From Geobacter metallireducens GS-15 (lineage in GTDB: Bacteria; Desulfobacterota; Desulfuromonadia; Geobacterales; Geobacteraceae), in contig NC_007517.1 of assembly GCF_000012925.1 (NCBI RefSeq), positions 30,001 to 62,000 on the forward strand: DNA of 32,000 nucleotides, written 5' to 3'. The translations under genes and the position numbers were made by a program. The notes beneath the pieces are model-generated. The model saw only the letters and a list, made by a program, of their open reading frames with translations, did not search any database and had not been told where the DNA came from. Shown here piece by piece: positions 19,639 to 31,943 of the stretch (the stretch's first letter is position 1; every line of letters begins with the position of its first letter).

Positions 19639-21459
19639 TTACATCTCCACCCGCGTCACAACACCCTGCAGCTTGCTGACCGGCAGCTTGTTGAACTGGA
19701 CGAAGTTGGCGGTCTGCCGCTTGATGGTTGAGAAAACGCGCCAGAAAGGGTTGTTGGTGGCGATGTCCTCGATGCCGTAGAAGATGACCTTCTCCTCGAT
19801 TCCCTTCTTCTTGAGGAGCCGCTCGATGTCAACCAGCTCCATGTAGCCGGCGAGGATCTCGAAACTGTCGAGCCCCGGCCCGATCCCCTTCGTGAGATTG
19901 GCCTTGACGCCAAAGGGCTCGTCGGAGCGGTTCAGGGAGACGAAGACGTTCCGTTCGTAGATGATGTTGCTCCGGATGATGCAGTGGATCACATAGGGGG
20001 GGACCACCGCCGTCTCCCGCACGAAGAAAAGTCCGGTGCCGGGAATGTTGTGCCCCTTGGCGTAGATTTGCCCGAAGGAGAGGAGGAACGTGTCCAGGTC
20101 CAGGGGCCTGAGCGCCCGGTAGAGTGCCTTTTGCCCCTGGGTCCAGATGATCATGATCGCCAGGGGAATCGAGGCAAGGATCAGGGACCAGTAGCCGCCG
20201 TGGGGGAGCTTGTGGAAGTTGGCCGTCAGGTAGACCAGGTCGATGAGGGTCACCGCGAGGGCGATGGGGACCTTCCACTTTTTGGTGGTGTGGGAGAAGA
20301 TCATGGTCATCATGATGCCGGTGATGAACATGGTGCCGGTGACCGCCAGGCCGTAGGCCGCGGCCAGGTTTTCCGATTTCTTGAAAATGAGCATGATGAA
20401 GATGACCGCCACTAGCAGTGACCAGTTGACGGAGCCGATGTATATCTGGGATTTCAGGTGCGTGGAGGTGTAATCCACCTTCATGAGGGGGAGGATCCGG
20501 GTGGTGATCCCCTGGTAGACGATGGAGAAGACCCCGCTGATGAGGGCCTGGGATGCGATGATGGTGGCCATGATGGTGAGGCAGAGGAAGGGAATGTAGA
20601 GAATGGGCGCCTGGCTCTTCACCATGGAGAAGAGAATGTTCGTTTCGTTGGGGTTTCTCAGGATGAAGGCCCCCTGCCCCAGGTAGTTGATGACCAGGGC
20701 GCTGAAGACGAAGTACCAGGCCCGGATGATCGGCTTTCGCCCCAGGTGCCCCATGTCGGCGTAGAGGGCCTCTCCCCCGGTGGCGCAGAGGATCACCTCC
20801 GAGAGGATGAAGAACCCGGCCAGGCCGTTGTGCATCAGGAAGGTCACGGCGTGATGGGGGCTCACCGCGCTGACGACCTCCGGAGTGCCGGCGATCGACA
20901 CGATCCCCGACAGAGTCAGGGCGCCGAACCAGATGACCATGATCGGCCCGAAGGCGCCGGCCACCTTGTCGGTTCCCTTGAACTGGAAGATGAACAGGAT
21001 GAGGGCGATGACCGCCGCAATGAAAATCAGGACCCCCTGGGCAAGGTTCTCCCATCCCGGGATCAGCCGCATCCCCTCCACGGCGGAGAGGATACTGATG
21101 GCCGGGGTGATGATGCCGTCCCCCAGCAGGAGCGAGACCCCCATGAAGGCAAGAAAGCCGACGAAGGCCACCTGGCGCCCCGATTTCAGGAGCCGGACCA
21201 GGATCTCCTTGAGAACGATGGTCCCCCCCTCTCCCTTGCGGCCGAGACTCATGGCGAGCCAGGCATACTCCACGGAGACGAGGATGATGAGGGTCCAGAC
21301 GATGAGGGAGAGGATGCCGAGGACATGCTCGGCGTCCGGTTTCGTCAGGGTCATGATGACCGTGAGGGTATAGATGGGGCTCGTGCCGATGTCGCCGAAA
21401 ACAAGCCCCATGGACTTGATGATTCCGCCCCAGAACGATTCCGTGTGTTCCTGCACCAT
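19639..21459 (-). CDS. kup: KUP/HAK/KT family potassium transporter (copy 2)
   Basis: 606 aa from the ATG at 21459 (MVQEHTESFWGG), with GGAGGA 8 nt upstream. Colinear with copy 1. The 648-aa ORF start at 21585 is probably an over-extension. Confidence 0.93.
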   Translation of the reverse strand: MVQEHTESFWGGIIKSMGLVFGDIGTSPIYTLTVIMTLTKPDAEHVLGILSLIVWTLIILVSVEYAWLAMSLGRKGEGGTIVLKEILVRLLKSGRQVAFVGFLAFMGVSLLLGDGIITPAISILSAVEGMRLIPGWENLAQGVLIFIAAVIALILFIFQFKGTDKVAGAFGPIMVIWFGALTLSGIVSIAGTPEVVSAVSPHHAVTFLMHNGLAGFFILSEVILCATGGEALYADMGHLGRKPIIRAWYFVFSALVINYLGQGAFILRNPNETNILFSMVKSQAPILYIPFLCLTIMATIIASQALISGVFSIVYQGITTRILPLMKVDYTSTHLKSQIYIGSVNWSLLVAVIFIMLIFKKSENLAAAYGLAVTGTMFITGIMMTMIFSHTTKKWKVPIALAVTLIDLVYLTANFHKLPHGGYWSLILASIPLAIMIIWTQGQKALYRALRPLDLDTFLLSFGQIYAKGHNIPGTGLFFVRETAVVPPYVIHCIIRSNIIYERNVFVSLNRSDEPFGVKANLTKGIGPGLDSFEILAGYMELVDIERLLKKKGIEEKVIFYGIEDIATNNPFWRVFSTIKRQTANFVQFNKLPVSKLQGVVTRVEM

Positions 21460-21529
21460 CCGTGCATCCTCCAAGGCTCGCGAGCCGGTGCCGAGCATCG
21501 GGATGCGAGCCAATGTATACAGCCGGCCC

Positions 21530-21558
21530 CTTATATCACTTAGCACACGGCGGCACAA
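21530..21558 (-). promoter_or_regulatory. candidate promoter of the kup tandem
   Basis: The minus strand reads TTGTGC (21558-21553), 17-nt spacer, TATAAG (21535-21530) with TG at the extended -10 position. This would give a structured leader of about 65 nt. Confidence 0.35.
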
Positions 21559-21590
21559 GCGCAAACCGGCTCCTGTTCCGGCCATTCTCC

Positions 21591-21620
21591 TTGACCTTCT
21601 CTCCCCCCTTCGGGTAGTCT
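21591..21620 (+). promoter_or_regulatory. candidate promoter of the U32 gene, possibly giving a leaderless mRNA
   Basis: TTGACC (21591-21596), 18-nt spacer, TAGTCT (21615-21620). The ATG at 21627 is only 7 nt downstream and has no SD sequence. Confidence 0.3.
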
Positions 21621-21626
21621 GAACGG

Positions 21627-23999
21627 ATGCATAAACCCTACGAACAAAAGAAAAAACCGGAACTTCTCGCCCCGGCCGGCTCCCTGGAGGCCTTCTTCGC
21701 CGCCATGGAGAAGGGGGCTGACGCGGTCTACGCGGGGCTCCGGGAGTTCTCAGCCCGAGCCAAGGCGAAAAACTTTCCCCTCACCCAGATGGAGCGGATG
21801 GTGGCCTACGCCCACGGCCTCGGCCGCAAGGTCTACATCACCCTCAACACCCTGGTGAAGGAGGGGGAACTGCCGCAGCTCGTGGAGACCCTCGCCGCCC
21901 TGGAGGCCATGGGGGCCGATGCCGTCATCCTCCAGGACCTGGGGGTTGCCCGTCTCATCCGGGACCACTTTCCGGGCCTTCCCCGCCATGCCTCCACCCA
22001 GATGACCATCCACAACCTCCCCGGCGCCCGGATGCTCAGGGATATGGGGTTCGAGCGGGTGGTCCTGGCACGGGAGCTCCACCTCGACGACATCCGCCAT
22101 ATCAGCCGGGAGTCGGGGGTGGAGATCGAGTGCTTCATCCACGGCGCCCTCTGCTTCGCCATCTCGGGGCAGTGCTACTTCTCGTCATTCCTCGGGGGGC
22201 ACAGCGGCAACCGGGGGCGCTGCGCCCAGCCCTGCCGCCGCCACTACCGCTATCGACAGAACGAGGGGTACTTCTTCTCCACCAACGACCTCTCCACCGT
22301 GGACCTCATCCCCGACCTGTCCGCCGCTGGTGTGGCGTCCCTGAAGATCGAGGGGCGGATGAAGTCGGCCGAGTACGTGGCAAGCGTGGTGGAGGCCTAC
22401 CGCCTCGTCCTCGACGCCCCGGAGCGCAAGCGGGCCGAGGCGGCGGCCCGGGCCAAGGAGATCCTCAAGTTCTCCTTCGGCCGGGTCCCCACCAAGGGGT
22501 TCATGGCCTCCCGCACCCCCACCGACATCGCCATCCCCACCCTCCGGGGGGCTACGGGGCGCTTTCTCGGGGAAGTGAAGAGCGTGCGGGGGGACCGGCT
22601 CACCTTCGAGACGAAAGACCGCCTCTTCGTGGGGGACCGGGTCCGGGTGCAGCCCAAGAGCGACATGGCCGGCAAGGCCTTCACGGTGAAGGATATCTTT
22701 GTGGGGAAGGAGCGGGTGAAGTCGGCGAAGGAACGGAGCATCGTCACGGTGGTGTCCCCTTTCGCCTTCAAGGCGGGGGACGCGGTCTTCAAGGTCTCCT
22801 CCGAGACCGCCTTCACCATGAGCGAGAACGCCTGCCTGAAACGCCTCGACGCGGTCAAGCCGGGGAAGATCCCTTGTGCCCTTGAGCTTTCCCTTGCCGG
22901 GGAGACCCTCCGCATCGGCGCTCAGGCCGCCGGTGCCGAATTTGCCGCCGAGTTTCCGGTCGGTCTTCTGGAGCCCTCCACCACCAGCGACATGGCGGGG
23001 GTCCTTCGGGCCCAGTTCTCCCGCACCGGCGAGACCCCCTTCGAGCTTCTGGGTCTTGACGCTCCGGGCTTCCCCTCGGTCCTCATCCCGCCGGCTCGGC
23101 TCAAGGATATCCGTCGCGACTTCTATCGCCGACTGGGCGAGAAGGTGGCGGCCGGCGTTGCCCAGCGCCGGGCCGAAGCGCGGAAACGGGCACTGGCCTC
23201 CCTGGTCCCGCCGGGGCACCCGCGTCGTGAGGTCAAGGGCGAGGTGACGGTCCGGATCGAGCACCTGCGCGATACCGCAATCCTTCGCCAGCAGGGGGTA
23301 GACGCCATCATCCTTCCGGTCTCCCGGGCCAACATCCACCAGGTTCCCCTTGCGGCGCGCAAGCTCCGGGGGGATGAGGGGCGGATCATCTGGCACCTCC
23401 CCTTCGTCATCTTCGACGCGGACCTCCCCTTCTACCAGGAGGCGGTCGCCCTCCTCACGGGGCAGGGGTTCCGCCGCTTCGAGCTCTCGAACCTCTCCCA
23501 CTTCCCCCTCCTTGCAGGACGGGACGTGGAGCTCTCCACCGACTACCGCCTCTTCTCCCTCAACACCCAGGCCATCATGGCGTGGCACGAGCTGGGGGTG
23601 ACCACTTCCACCCTCTACATCGAGGACGACGTGGAGAACATGGCGGTACTCCTCGGCGCGCCGGTGCCGGTGCGACGGCGGGTCCTGGTCTACGGCGGGG
23701 TGCCGGCCATGACCACCCGCGTCGCCATCAAGGGGGTGAAGGGGGACGCCCCCCTGGTCTCTGACCGGGGCGAAGAGTATGAGGTGGCGGTGCGGGGAGA
23801 CCTCACCACCATCACCCCGGCGGTCCGCTTCTCCGTCACCCACTTCCGGGGCCGGCTCCAGGAGGCGGGGTGCGGCTCTTTCGTGGTGGACCTCTCCCAG
23901 GCCCCCCGGGAGCGGTGGCGCCCCATCCTCGACGCCCTTGCCCGGGGCGAGGGGGTGCCGGGGACGAGCGAATTCAACTTTGTCATGGGATTGGTATAG
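21627..23999 (+). CDS. U32 family peptidase-like protein with long C-terminal extension
   Basis: 790 aa with the [12 protein letters not shown]-terminus and the U32 signature [20 protein letters not shown]. Four Cys are spaced C-x6-C-x15-C-x3-C (residues 176-203). Confidence 0.9.
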
Positions 24000-24004
24000 A
24001 TACT

Positions 24005-24910
24005 ATGGGAAACAGCACCGACTCGATCATCACCGACTATCTCGTCCGCGTCATCGCCAGGGACGGCAGCATCCGGGCTCTCGCCTGCGTCACTACCGGC
24101 CTCGTGGGTGAGCTCTGCCGGCGCCACGGCACTTGGCCCACGGCCTCGGCGGCCCTGGGGCGGGCCGTGACCGGCGGGGCCCTCATGGGAGCGCTCCTGA
24201 AGACCGGCCAGCGGGTGGCACTCCGCTTCGAGGGGAACGGCCCCCTGAAGAATATCCTCGTGGAGGCCGACGCCAACGGCGCCGTCCGTGGCTGCGTGGG
24301 GAACCCGGAGGCGAACCCCCTGCGGGAGGACGGCAAGCTGGATGTGGCCGCCGCCATCGGCCAGGCCGGGCTCCTCACCGTCACCAAGGACCTGGGGCTC
24401 AAGGAGCCTTACACGGGGACGGTGCTCCTCTACACGAGCGAGATCGCCGAGGACCTCGCCTACTACCTGACCGACTCGGAGCAGGTGCCGTCGGCGGTGG
24501 GGCTTGGGGTCTTCGTGGAGCCCGACGGCGCCGTCGCCGCTGCTGGCGGGTTCCTCATCCAGTCGCTCCCCCCCCACAACGACGAAGCGGTGGACCGGCT
24601 CATGGAGCGGATCGGCGCCATGCCGCCGGTCACGGAGCTCCTCCGGCAGGGGAAGAGCCCCGAGGGGCTCCTGGAGTACCTCTTCGAGGGGATCCCCTAC
24701 GACACCCTGGAGAAGCGGGCACTGGCCTTTGTCTGCTCCTGCAGTCGGGAGCGGATCGAGCGGGTTCTCATATCGCTTGGGCGTGACGACCTCGCCTCGC
24801 TCCTGGCCGAACAGGGGGAGACCGAGGTGACCTGTGAGTTCTGTCGGGAGCACTACCATTTCGGCCGCGACGACCTTGAACGTCTCCTTGCCGGGATTTC
24901 AGCAATGTAA
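24005..24910 (+). CDS. hslO: redox-regulated chaperone Hsp33
   Basis: 301 aa from the ATG at 24005. Hsp33-like core and a C-terminal zinc centre CSCS...CEFC. It starts 5 nt after the U32 stop. Confidence 0.9.
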
Positions 24911-24981
24911 CGCCCGTCCTCGCAAATTCCTCCGCCGCGGGTATACTTTTCGGTGATTCCCCCACGCAGCGGAGGCCAACC

Positions 24982-25662
24982 ATGACAATCCACGACATCA
25001 CGGTTCCCCTTTCTCCCGACCTCCCCGTCTACCCCGGCGACCCACCGGTCACCTGCGAGCCGGTCACCCGCATCGCCCGGGGAGACACAGCCAACGTCAC
25101 CCGCATTACCATGACCACCCACAGCGGCACCCACCTGGACGTGCCGGGCCACTGCCGCGATGGCGGCGCCACCGTGGACCACCTCCCCCTCTCCCTTCTC
25201 ATGGGGAAGGCCCGGGTGCTGGACATCCGCGGCGAGCGGGCCATCGGCCGCCGTGAGCTTTCCCGTCTTCCGGTGCGGGGAGAGGAGCGGCTCCTCCTGC
25301 GGACCGACAATTCCCTCCTCTGGGAGAGCCCCGGCTTCCAGGACGATTTTGCCCACCTCACCGAGGAGGGAGCCGCGTTTCTCATCGAGGCGGGAGTCCG
25401 GCTTGTGGGGATCGACTACCTCTCCATCGAGGGAATCGCAAGCGGCATCACCGTCCACCGGATGCTCCTGGACGCGGGGGTTGTGATCCTGGAGGGGATC
25501 ACCCTTGCCGAGGTGGAACCGGGTGAGTACGAACTGGTTTGCCTTCCCCTTAAGATTGCCGGCGGGGACGGCGCTCCGGCCCGGGCCATCCTCCGGGGGA
25601 GGGAACCGAAGGGGGGAGAAACCCCCTTCGACCCCCACACGACCCGTTGGCCCGTGGCCTGA
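24982..25662 (+). CDS. cyclase family protein (arylformamidase/kynurenine formamidase-like)
   Basis: 226 aa with the HSGTHLDVPGH motif and GIDYLSIE. GGAGG RBS. Confidence 0.8.
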   Translation: MTIHDITVPLSPDLPVYPGDPPVTCEPVTRIARGDTANVTRITMTTHSGTHLDVPGHCRDGGATVDHLPLSLLMGKARVLDIRGERAIGRRELSRLPVRGEERLLLRTDNSLLWESPGFQDDFAHLTEEGAAFLIEAGVRLVGIDYLSIEGIASGITVHRMLLDAGVVILEGITLAEVEPGEYELVCLPLKIAGGDGAPARAILRGREPKGGETPFDPHTTRWPVA

Positions 25663-25673
25663 CAGGGGGCGTC

Positions 25674-27416
25674 ATGGCAGGATCACGGAAGATCGTCAGC
25701 GCCCGGGAGCTGGACCTCCTGCGCCGCCTTCTCCGGGAACGGACCGAGGAGCTGGAGCGGGCCAACGAGCGCCTCTTCATGGCCACCCAGGTGAAATCCG
25801 AATTCCTCTCCCACATGTCCCGGGAGTTCCAGCGACCCCTGGACCGCATCGTCGACTTCGCCTCCTGCCTCCGGGACGGCGCCATGGGGGAGGTGAACCC
25901 CGAGCAGCGGAGTGGCCTCGACGCCATCGTCATACGGGGGATGCGGCTCCAGCGGATGCTGCAGCGGGTCCTGGAACTCTGCAGCAGCGATCTGGGGATG
26001 GCGGTCTTTCTTCCCAAGGAGTTTCCCGTCGAGGATGCCCTTGAGCGGGTGGTGAAGCGACTGCGGGAGAGGGCCGAGAAACAGGGTGTGGCCATCGATG
26101 CCGGCTGCGTTGATGGGGGAACCCTCCTGGCCGACGAAGGGAAGTTCTCCTTCATTATTGAAGAGTTGGCCACAAATGCCCTCAAGTTTTCACCCCGGGG
26201 GTCACGGATCACGGTGCGCCTGCGGAACGTGACCGGAGGCCGGGAGGAGCGGTTTCTGGAAGTGGCGGTTTCCGACCAGGGGCCGGGTATCCGGGAGGAG
26301 GAGCTGGGGCAGATCTTCAAGAGCTTCGAGATGGGGAGCGGCGCGATTGCCAGCCCCGGAAGCCTCGGGCTCGGGCTCGCCCTGGTGAAGCACTTCGTGG
26401 ATCTTCACGGGGGGAGGATATCCGTCGAGAGTCAGGCCGGGGAGGGGAGTTCTTTCACCGTTCTCCTCCCCAAGGGTGGTCCCTCGGTTCGCATGGTCCG
26501 CACGCCCCGGGTCCTCGTGGCCGGTCTGGAGGAGGACTTCGCGGGGCCTCTTCTTTCGCGGCTACGGGACGAAGGGTATGAAACCATCACTGCCGGCGGC
26601 GGTCAGGACGCCCTGGACAAGGGGATTTCCATGGCCCCGGACCTCTGCATTCTGAGCCTCTCCCTCCCCGAAGTGGGAGGGATCGACGTCTGCCTGCGAC
26701 TCAAGGCGCACGAACGGAGCAAGCAGATCCCGGTCATTATCACCGCCCCCTATCCTGACCGCTCGGCCAAGGTGGGAAGCGCCCAGGCGGGGGCCGACGG
26801 TTTTTTCGCCCTCCCGGCCGAAACGGAGGAGCTCTTCCTCAAGGCCCGCAGCCTCATCGCCCAGAAGCTCAATTACGATTTCCTCAAGCGCAATTACGAG
26901 ATAGCCGCCAGCGAGGCGTTCACCGATCCCCTTACCGGCCTCTTCAACCTGCGCCAGTTCTGGTTGAGCCTCGACCACGAGCTGGCCCGGGCCCGCCGCT
27001 ACGGCAGGCACTGTTCCCTCGCCATGATCGACATCGATTTCTTCAAGCAGTACAACGACCGGCACGGGCACCTGCGCGGCGACGAGGTGCTGAAGGAGAT
27101 CAGCAAGCTTTTCGTTGCCAGCATCAGGAACTCCGACATCGCGGCCCGCTACGGTGGAGAGGAGTTCGTGGTCATCATGCCTGAAACCGGCCGCGACCTG
27201 GCGCTCATCGCCGGGGAAAAGCTGAGGCGGGCCGTGGCCGAGCACCCCTTTTCCCTCCAGGAGACCCAGCCGGGCGGTCTCCTCACGGTAAGCGTCGGCA
27301 TCGCCACCTTCCCCGACGACGCCGCGACGGCCCGGGAGATGGTGGATGCGGCGGACCAGGCCCTCTACCGGGCCAAGGGGCTGGGAAGAGACCGGGTGGA
27401 GAGCCGTTCCCCGTAG
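25674..27416 (+). CDS. HisKA-HATPase_c / receiver-like / GGDEF diguanylate cyclase, with degenerate phospho-acceptor sites
   Basis: ATG at 25674 follows AGGGGG. H-box-like FLSHMSREFQRPL. Intact N (ELATNALKF), G1 (DQGPGI) and G2 (GLGLGLAL) boxes. REC-like fold with ILSLSLP in place of the Asp pocket. GGDEF domain with RNSD I-site and GGEEF. Confidence 0.85.
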   Translation: MAGSRKIVSARELDLLRRLLRERTEELERANERLFMATQVKSEFLSHMSREFQRPLDRIVDFASCLRDGAMGEVNPEQRSGLDAIVIRGMRLQRMLQRVLELCSSDLGMAVFLPKEFPVEDALERVVKRLRERAEKQGVAIDAGCVDGGTLLADEGKFSFIIEELATNALKFSPRGSRITVRLRNVTGGREERFLEVAVSDQGPGIREEELGQIFKSFEMGSGAIASPGSLGLGLALVKHFVDLHGGRISVESQAGEGSSFTVLLPKGGPSVRMVRTPRVLVAGLEEDFAGPLLSRLRDEGYETITAGGGQDALDKGISMAPDLCILSLSLPEVGGIDVCLRLKAHERSKQIPVIITAPYPDRSAKVGSAQAGADGFFALPAETEELFLKARSLIAQKLNYDFLKRNYEIAASEAFTDPLTGLFNLRQFWLSLDHELARARRYGRHCSLAMIDIDFFKQYNDRHGHLRGDEVLKEISKLFVASIRNSDIAARYGGEEFVVIMPETGRDLALIAGEKLRRAVAEHPFSLQETQPGGLLTVSVGIATFPDDAATAREMVDAADQALYRAKGLGRDRVESRSP

Positions 27417-27519
27417 TCTGTGGCGTCCCGGACGGCGGGTGGTATACTGGAAAGTGTAAGAATACTGCAGGCGATTGGGCGGAAGGCAGGAGGCCTTCCG
27501 GGAAAGGGGTGTGACGCCT

Positions 27520-28038
27520 ATGACAACTCCACGTGGATCAGCGCGGTTTGGCGTTGAGGAGCACGGCAAGAGGGCAGCCCGCAGCACGGATGTCTACCTG
27601 CCGGCTGAAGGTAAGGAAGAGGCGGTGGTCTGCACCGGGTGCAAGGCTACCTTCTGGGGGAAACGGTGGTTCAACGAGGGTGACGAAGGGGCAAAGTTCC
27701 CCGCCGGCCATCTGCCCCACAAGGGGGTCTGCCCGGCCTGCCAGCGGATGAAGGACAATAACCCCGCTGGGGTCGTCACCCTGTCCGGCGACTACCTCCT
27801 CAAGCACGAGGAGGTGATCCTGAACGCCGTCAAGAATGTCGAGGCGAAGGCGCGGGCCAAGAATCCCCTGGCCAGGATCATGGAGATCGGCCAGGAGGCG
27901 AATGTCCTCACCATCCGCACCACCGACGAGAAGCTGGCGGAAAAGCTGGGGAAGGAGATCTACAAATCCCACAGCGGGAAGCTCGGTCTTCAGTGGAGCC
28001 AGGACGAGGGCTTCGTTCGGGTGAACTGGACACGCTGA
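27520..28038 (+). CDS. conserved hypothetical Cys-rich (CxxC...CxxC) protein
   Basis: 172 aa from the ATG at 27520, with VCTGCKATFWGKRW...GVCPACQR followed by a charged alpha/beta C-terminal part. The upstream TTG at 27475 is less likely. Possibly the family NCBI calls BCAM0308; this is from memory and weak. Confidence 0.6.
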   Translation: MTTPRGSARFGVEEHGKRAARSTDVYLPAEGKEEAVVCTGCKATFWGKRWFNEGDEGAKFPAGHLPHKGVCPACQRMKDNNPAGVVTLSGDYLLKHEEVILNAVKNVEAKARAKNPLARIMEIGQEANVLTIRTTDEKLAEKLGKEIYKSHSGKLGLQWSQDEGFVRVNWTR

Positions 28039-28042
28039 CACA

Positions 28043-28075
28043 GAAAAGGGCGACGGAAACGTCGCCTTGTTTTGT
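28043..28075. terminator. bidirectional rho-independent terminator
   Basis: GGCGACG-GAAA-CGTCGCC (28049-28066) is flanked by AGAAAAG upstream and TTGTTTTG downstream, so a U-tract follows on either strand. Confidence 0.8.
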
Positions 28076-28121
28076 CAGAAAATCATTGAAACACAGAGCA
28101 ACCGTGTTCTCAGTCAACAAA

Positions 28122-30504
<2,383 letters not shown>

Positions 30505-30537
30505 TTTGTTGACTGAGAACACGGTTGCTCTGTGTTA

Positions 30538-31425
30538 TTAGAATTCCAATATTATACCCCGGCTGGCGCATGCGTCGCGGAAGGGGTCGTCGAGGGGTGC
30601 CTCAGCAGTGATGGGACGCCTGTCGGCAGCGGTGAAGGACATGGCCCGGCAGTGGAGCATCATCCGCGGCGCCTTCTCGCCGCCGTAGGTGGGGTCGCCG
30701 ACGATGGGAAGACCGCAGTGGGCCAGGTGGACCCGGATCTGGTGGGTGCGGCCGGTGAGGGGGCGGGCCTCCACGAGAACGCCGCAGGTCCCCCGGGCGA
30801 TGACCGCGAAACGGGTCAGCGCCTCACGGCCTGGGGTGGCCACCCCGTAGCGGGCGCTCCCTACCTTGGCGATGGGGGCGTTGACCTCCCACTGGTCCGA
30901 TGCCGGCTCGGCCGTAACAAGGGCCCAGTAGACCTTTTCCACCCTCCCCTCTTTCAGCTGAGCGGAGATGTGGGCCGCGGCCCGCTTTGTCTTGGGAAAG
31001 ATCATCACCCCCGAGGTCCCCCGGTCGAGACGGTGGATCACCCGGGCCGGCTCCTGGCTGCCGAGGGTGCGCAGGTAGAGGGTGACCGCATGCTCCACGG
31101 TCCCCTTGAGCTGGTAGGGGGTCCGCTGGCAGTTGAGCCCGGCCGCCTTGTTCACCGCCAGGTAGTCGTCATTCTCGAAGAGGAGGTCATCACGGGTGTA
31201 GGCCAACTCCTGGTAGCGCTCCGGCTCCATGACGCCGAGGACGATCTCCTCCCCGGCCCGCAGCGTGCGGGAGGCGACCCGCACCATGGCGCCGGCCACG
31301 GCGCATCCCCCCCAGTCGATGATCTTGCGGACACGGGTCTTGGAGAGCTGCGGGAAGAGCCGCACCGCCCCGTCGTCGAGACGCATCCCCGCCTCCCCTT
31401 CTCCTGCCCGGCCGGTGAGGATCAT
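30538..31425 (-). CDS. RluA-family pseudouridine synthase (RluD-like)
   Basis: 295 aa with the HRLDRGTSGVMIF catalytic motif and GRTHQIRVHLA, plus an S4-like N-terminus. The ATG at 31425 overlaps the NUDIX stop (ATGA). An alternative ATG at 31386 is preceded by GGGGAGG. Confidence 0.85.
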   Translation of the reverse strand: MILTGRAGEGEAGMRLDDGAVRLFPQLSKTRVRKIIDWGGCAVAGAMVRVASRTLRAGEEIVLGVMEPERYQELAYTRDDLLFENDDYLAVNKAAGLNCQRTPYQLKGTVEHAVTLYLRTLGSQEPARVIHRLDRGTSGVMIFPKTKRAAAHISAQLKEGRVEKVYWALVTAEPASDQWEVNAPIAKVGSARYGVATPGREALTRFAVIARGTCGVLVEARPLTGRTHQIRVHLAHCGLPIVGDPTYGGEKAPRMMLHCRAMSFTAADRRPITAEAPLDDPFRDACASRGIILEF

Positions 31426-31943
31426 GGCAATCCAGCCTTGGCCCGGAAAAGGGCAATGATAGTCTTGCCGTCGCGGATGCGGCCGTCCGTCGCCATGGTG
31501 ACAGCCTCCTCAAGGGGGACCCGCACCGTTTCAATCTCCTCGTACTGCTCCGGGTCGGCCTCCCCCTGGGAGAGTCCGGTGGCCAGGTAGAGATGGATCG
31601 CCTCGTCAAAGACTCCCGGTGAGGTGAGGATGACACCGAGGGATTCGAGCCGGGTCGAGGAGAGCCCCGTCTCTTCGGCCAGCTCCCGGAGGCCGCATGC
31701 CGCCGGCTCTTCTCCCGGATCGAGGCGGCCGGCCGGGATCTCAAGCAACGTTGCATCCACCGAGGGACGCAACTGCCGGATGAGGGTCACCGTGCCGTCG
31801 TCGTGGAGCGGCAGGACGCCCACCCCTCCCGGATGGCGTACAACCTGGAACGTGTGCCATCCCTTGTCGCCTATCCGTACGTCCATCTGCTCAATGTCGA
31901 CCACCAGCCCCTTGAAGGGAGTGGTCCGGTTGCGGGTGTCCAT
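31422..31943 (-). CDS. NUDIX hydrolase (ADP-ribose pyrophosphatase-like)
   Basis: Nudix box GRLDPGEEPAACGLRELAEETGL. The ATG at 31943 follows AGGTGG. An alternative ATG lies at 31976. Confidence 0.85.
   Translation of the reverse strand: MDTRNRTTPFKGLVVDIEQMDVRIGDKGWHTFQVVRHPGGVGVLPLHDDGTVTLIRQLRPSVDATLLEIPAGRLDPGEEPAACGLRELAEETGLSSTRLESLGVILTSPGVFDEAIHLYLATGLSQGEADPEQYEEIETVRVPLEEAVTMATDGRIRDGKTIIALFRAKAGLP

Noticed and set aside
21460-21626. c-di-AMP (ydaO/kimA-type) or other known riboswitch upstream of the kup tandem.
   Set aside because: The leader is too short (about 65 nt from the candidate promoter) and lacks the conserved pseudo-twofold motifs that I can recall for that class. Only generic hairpins are visible.
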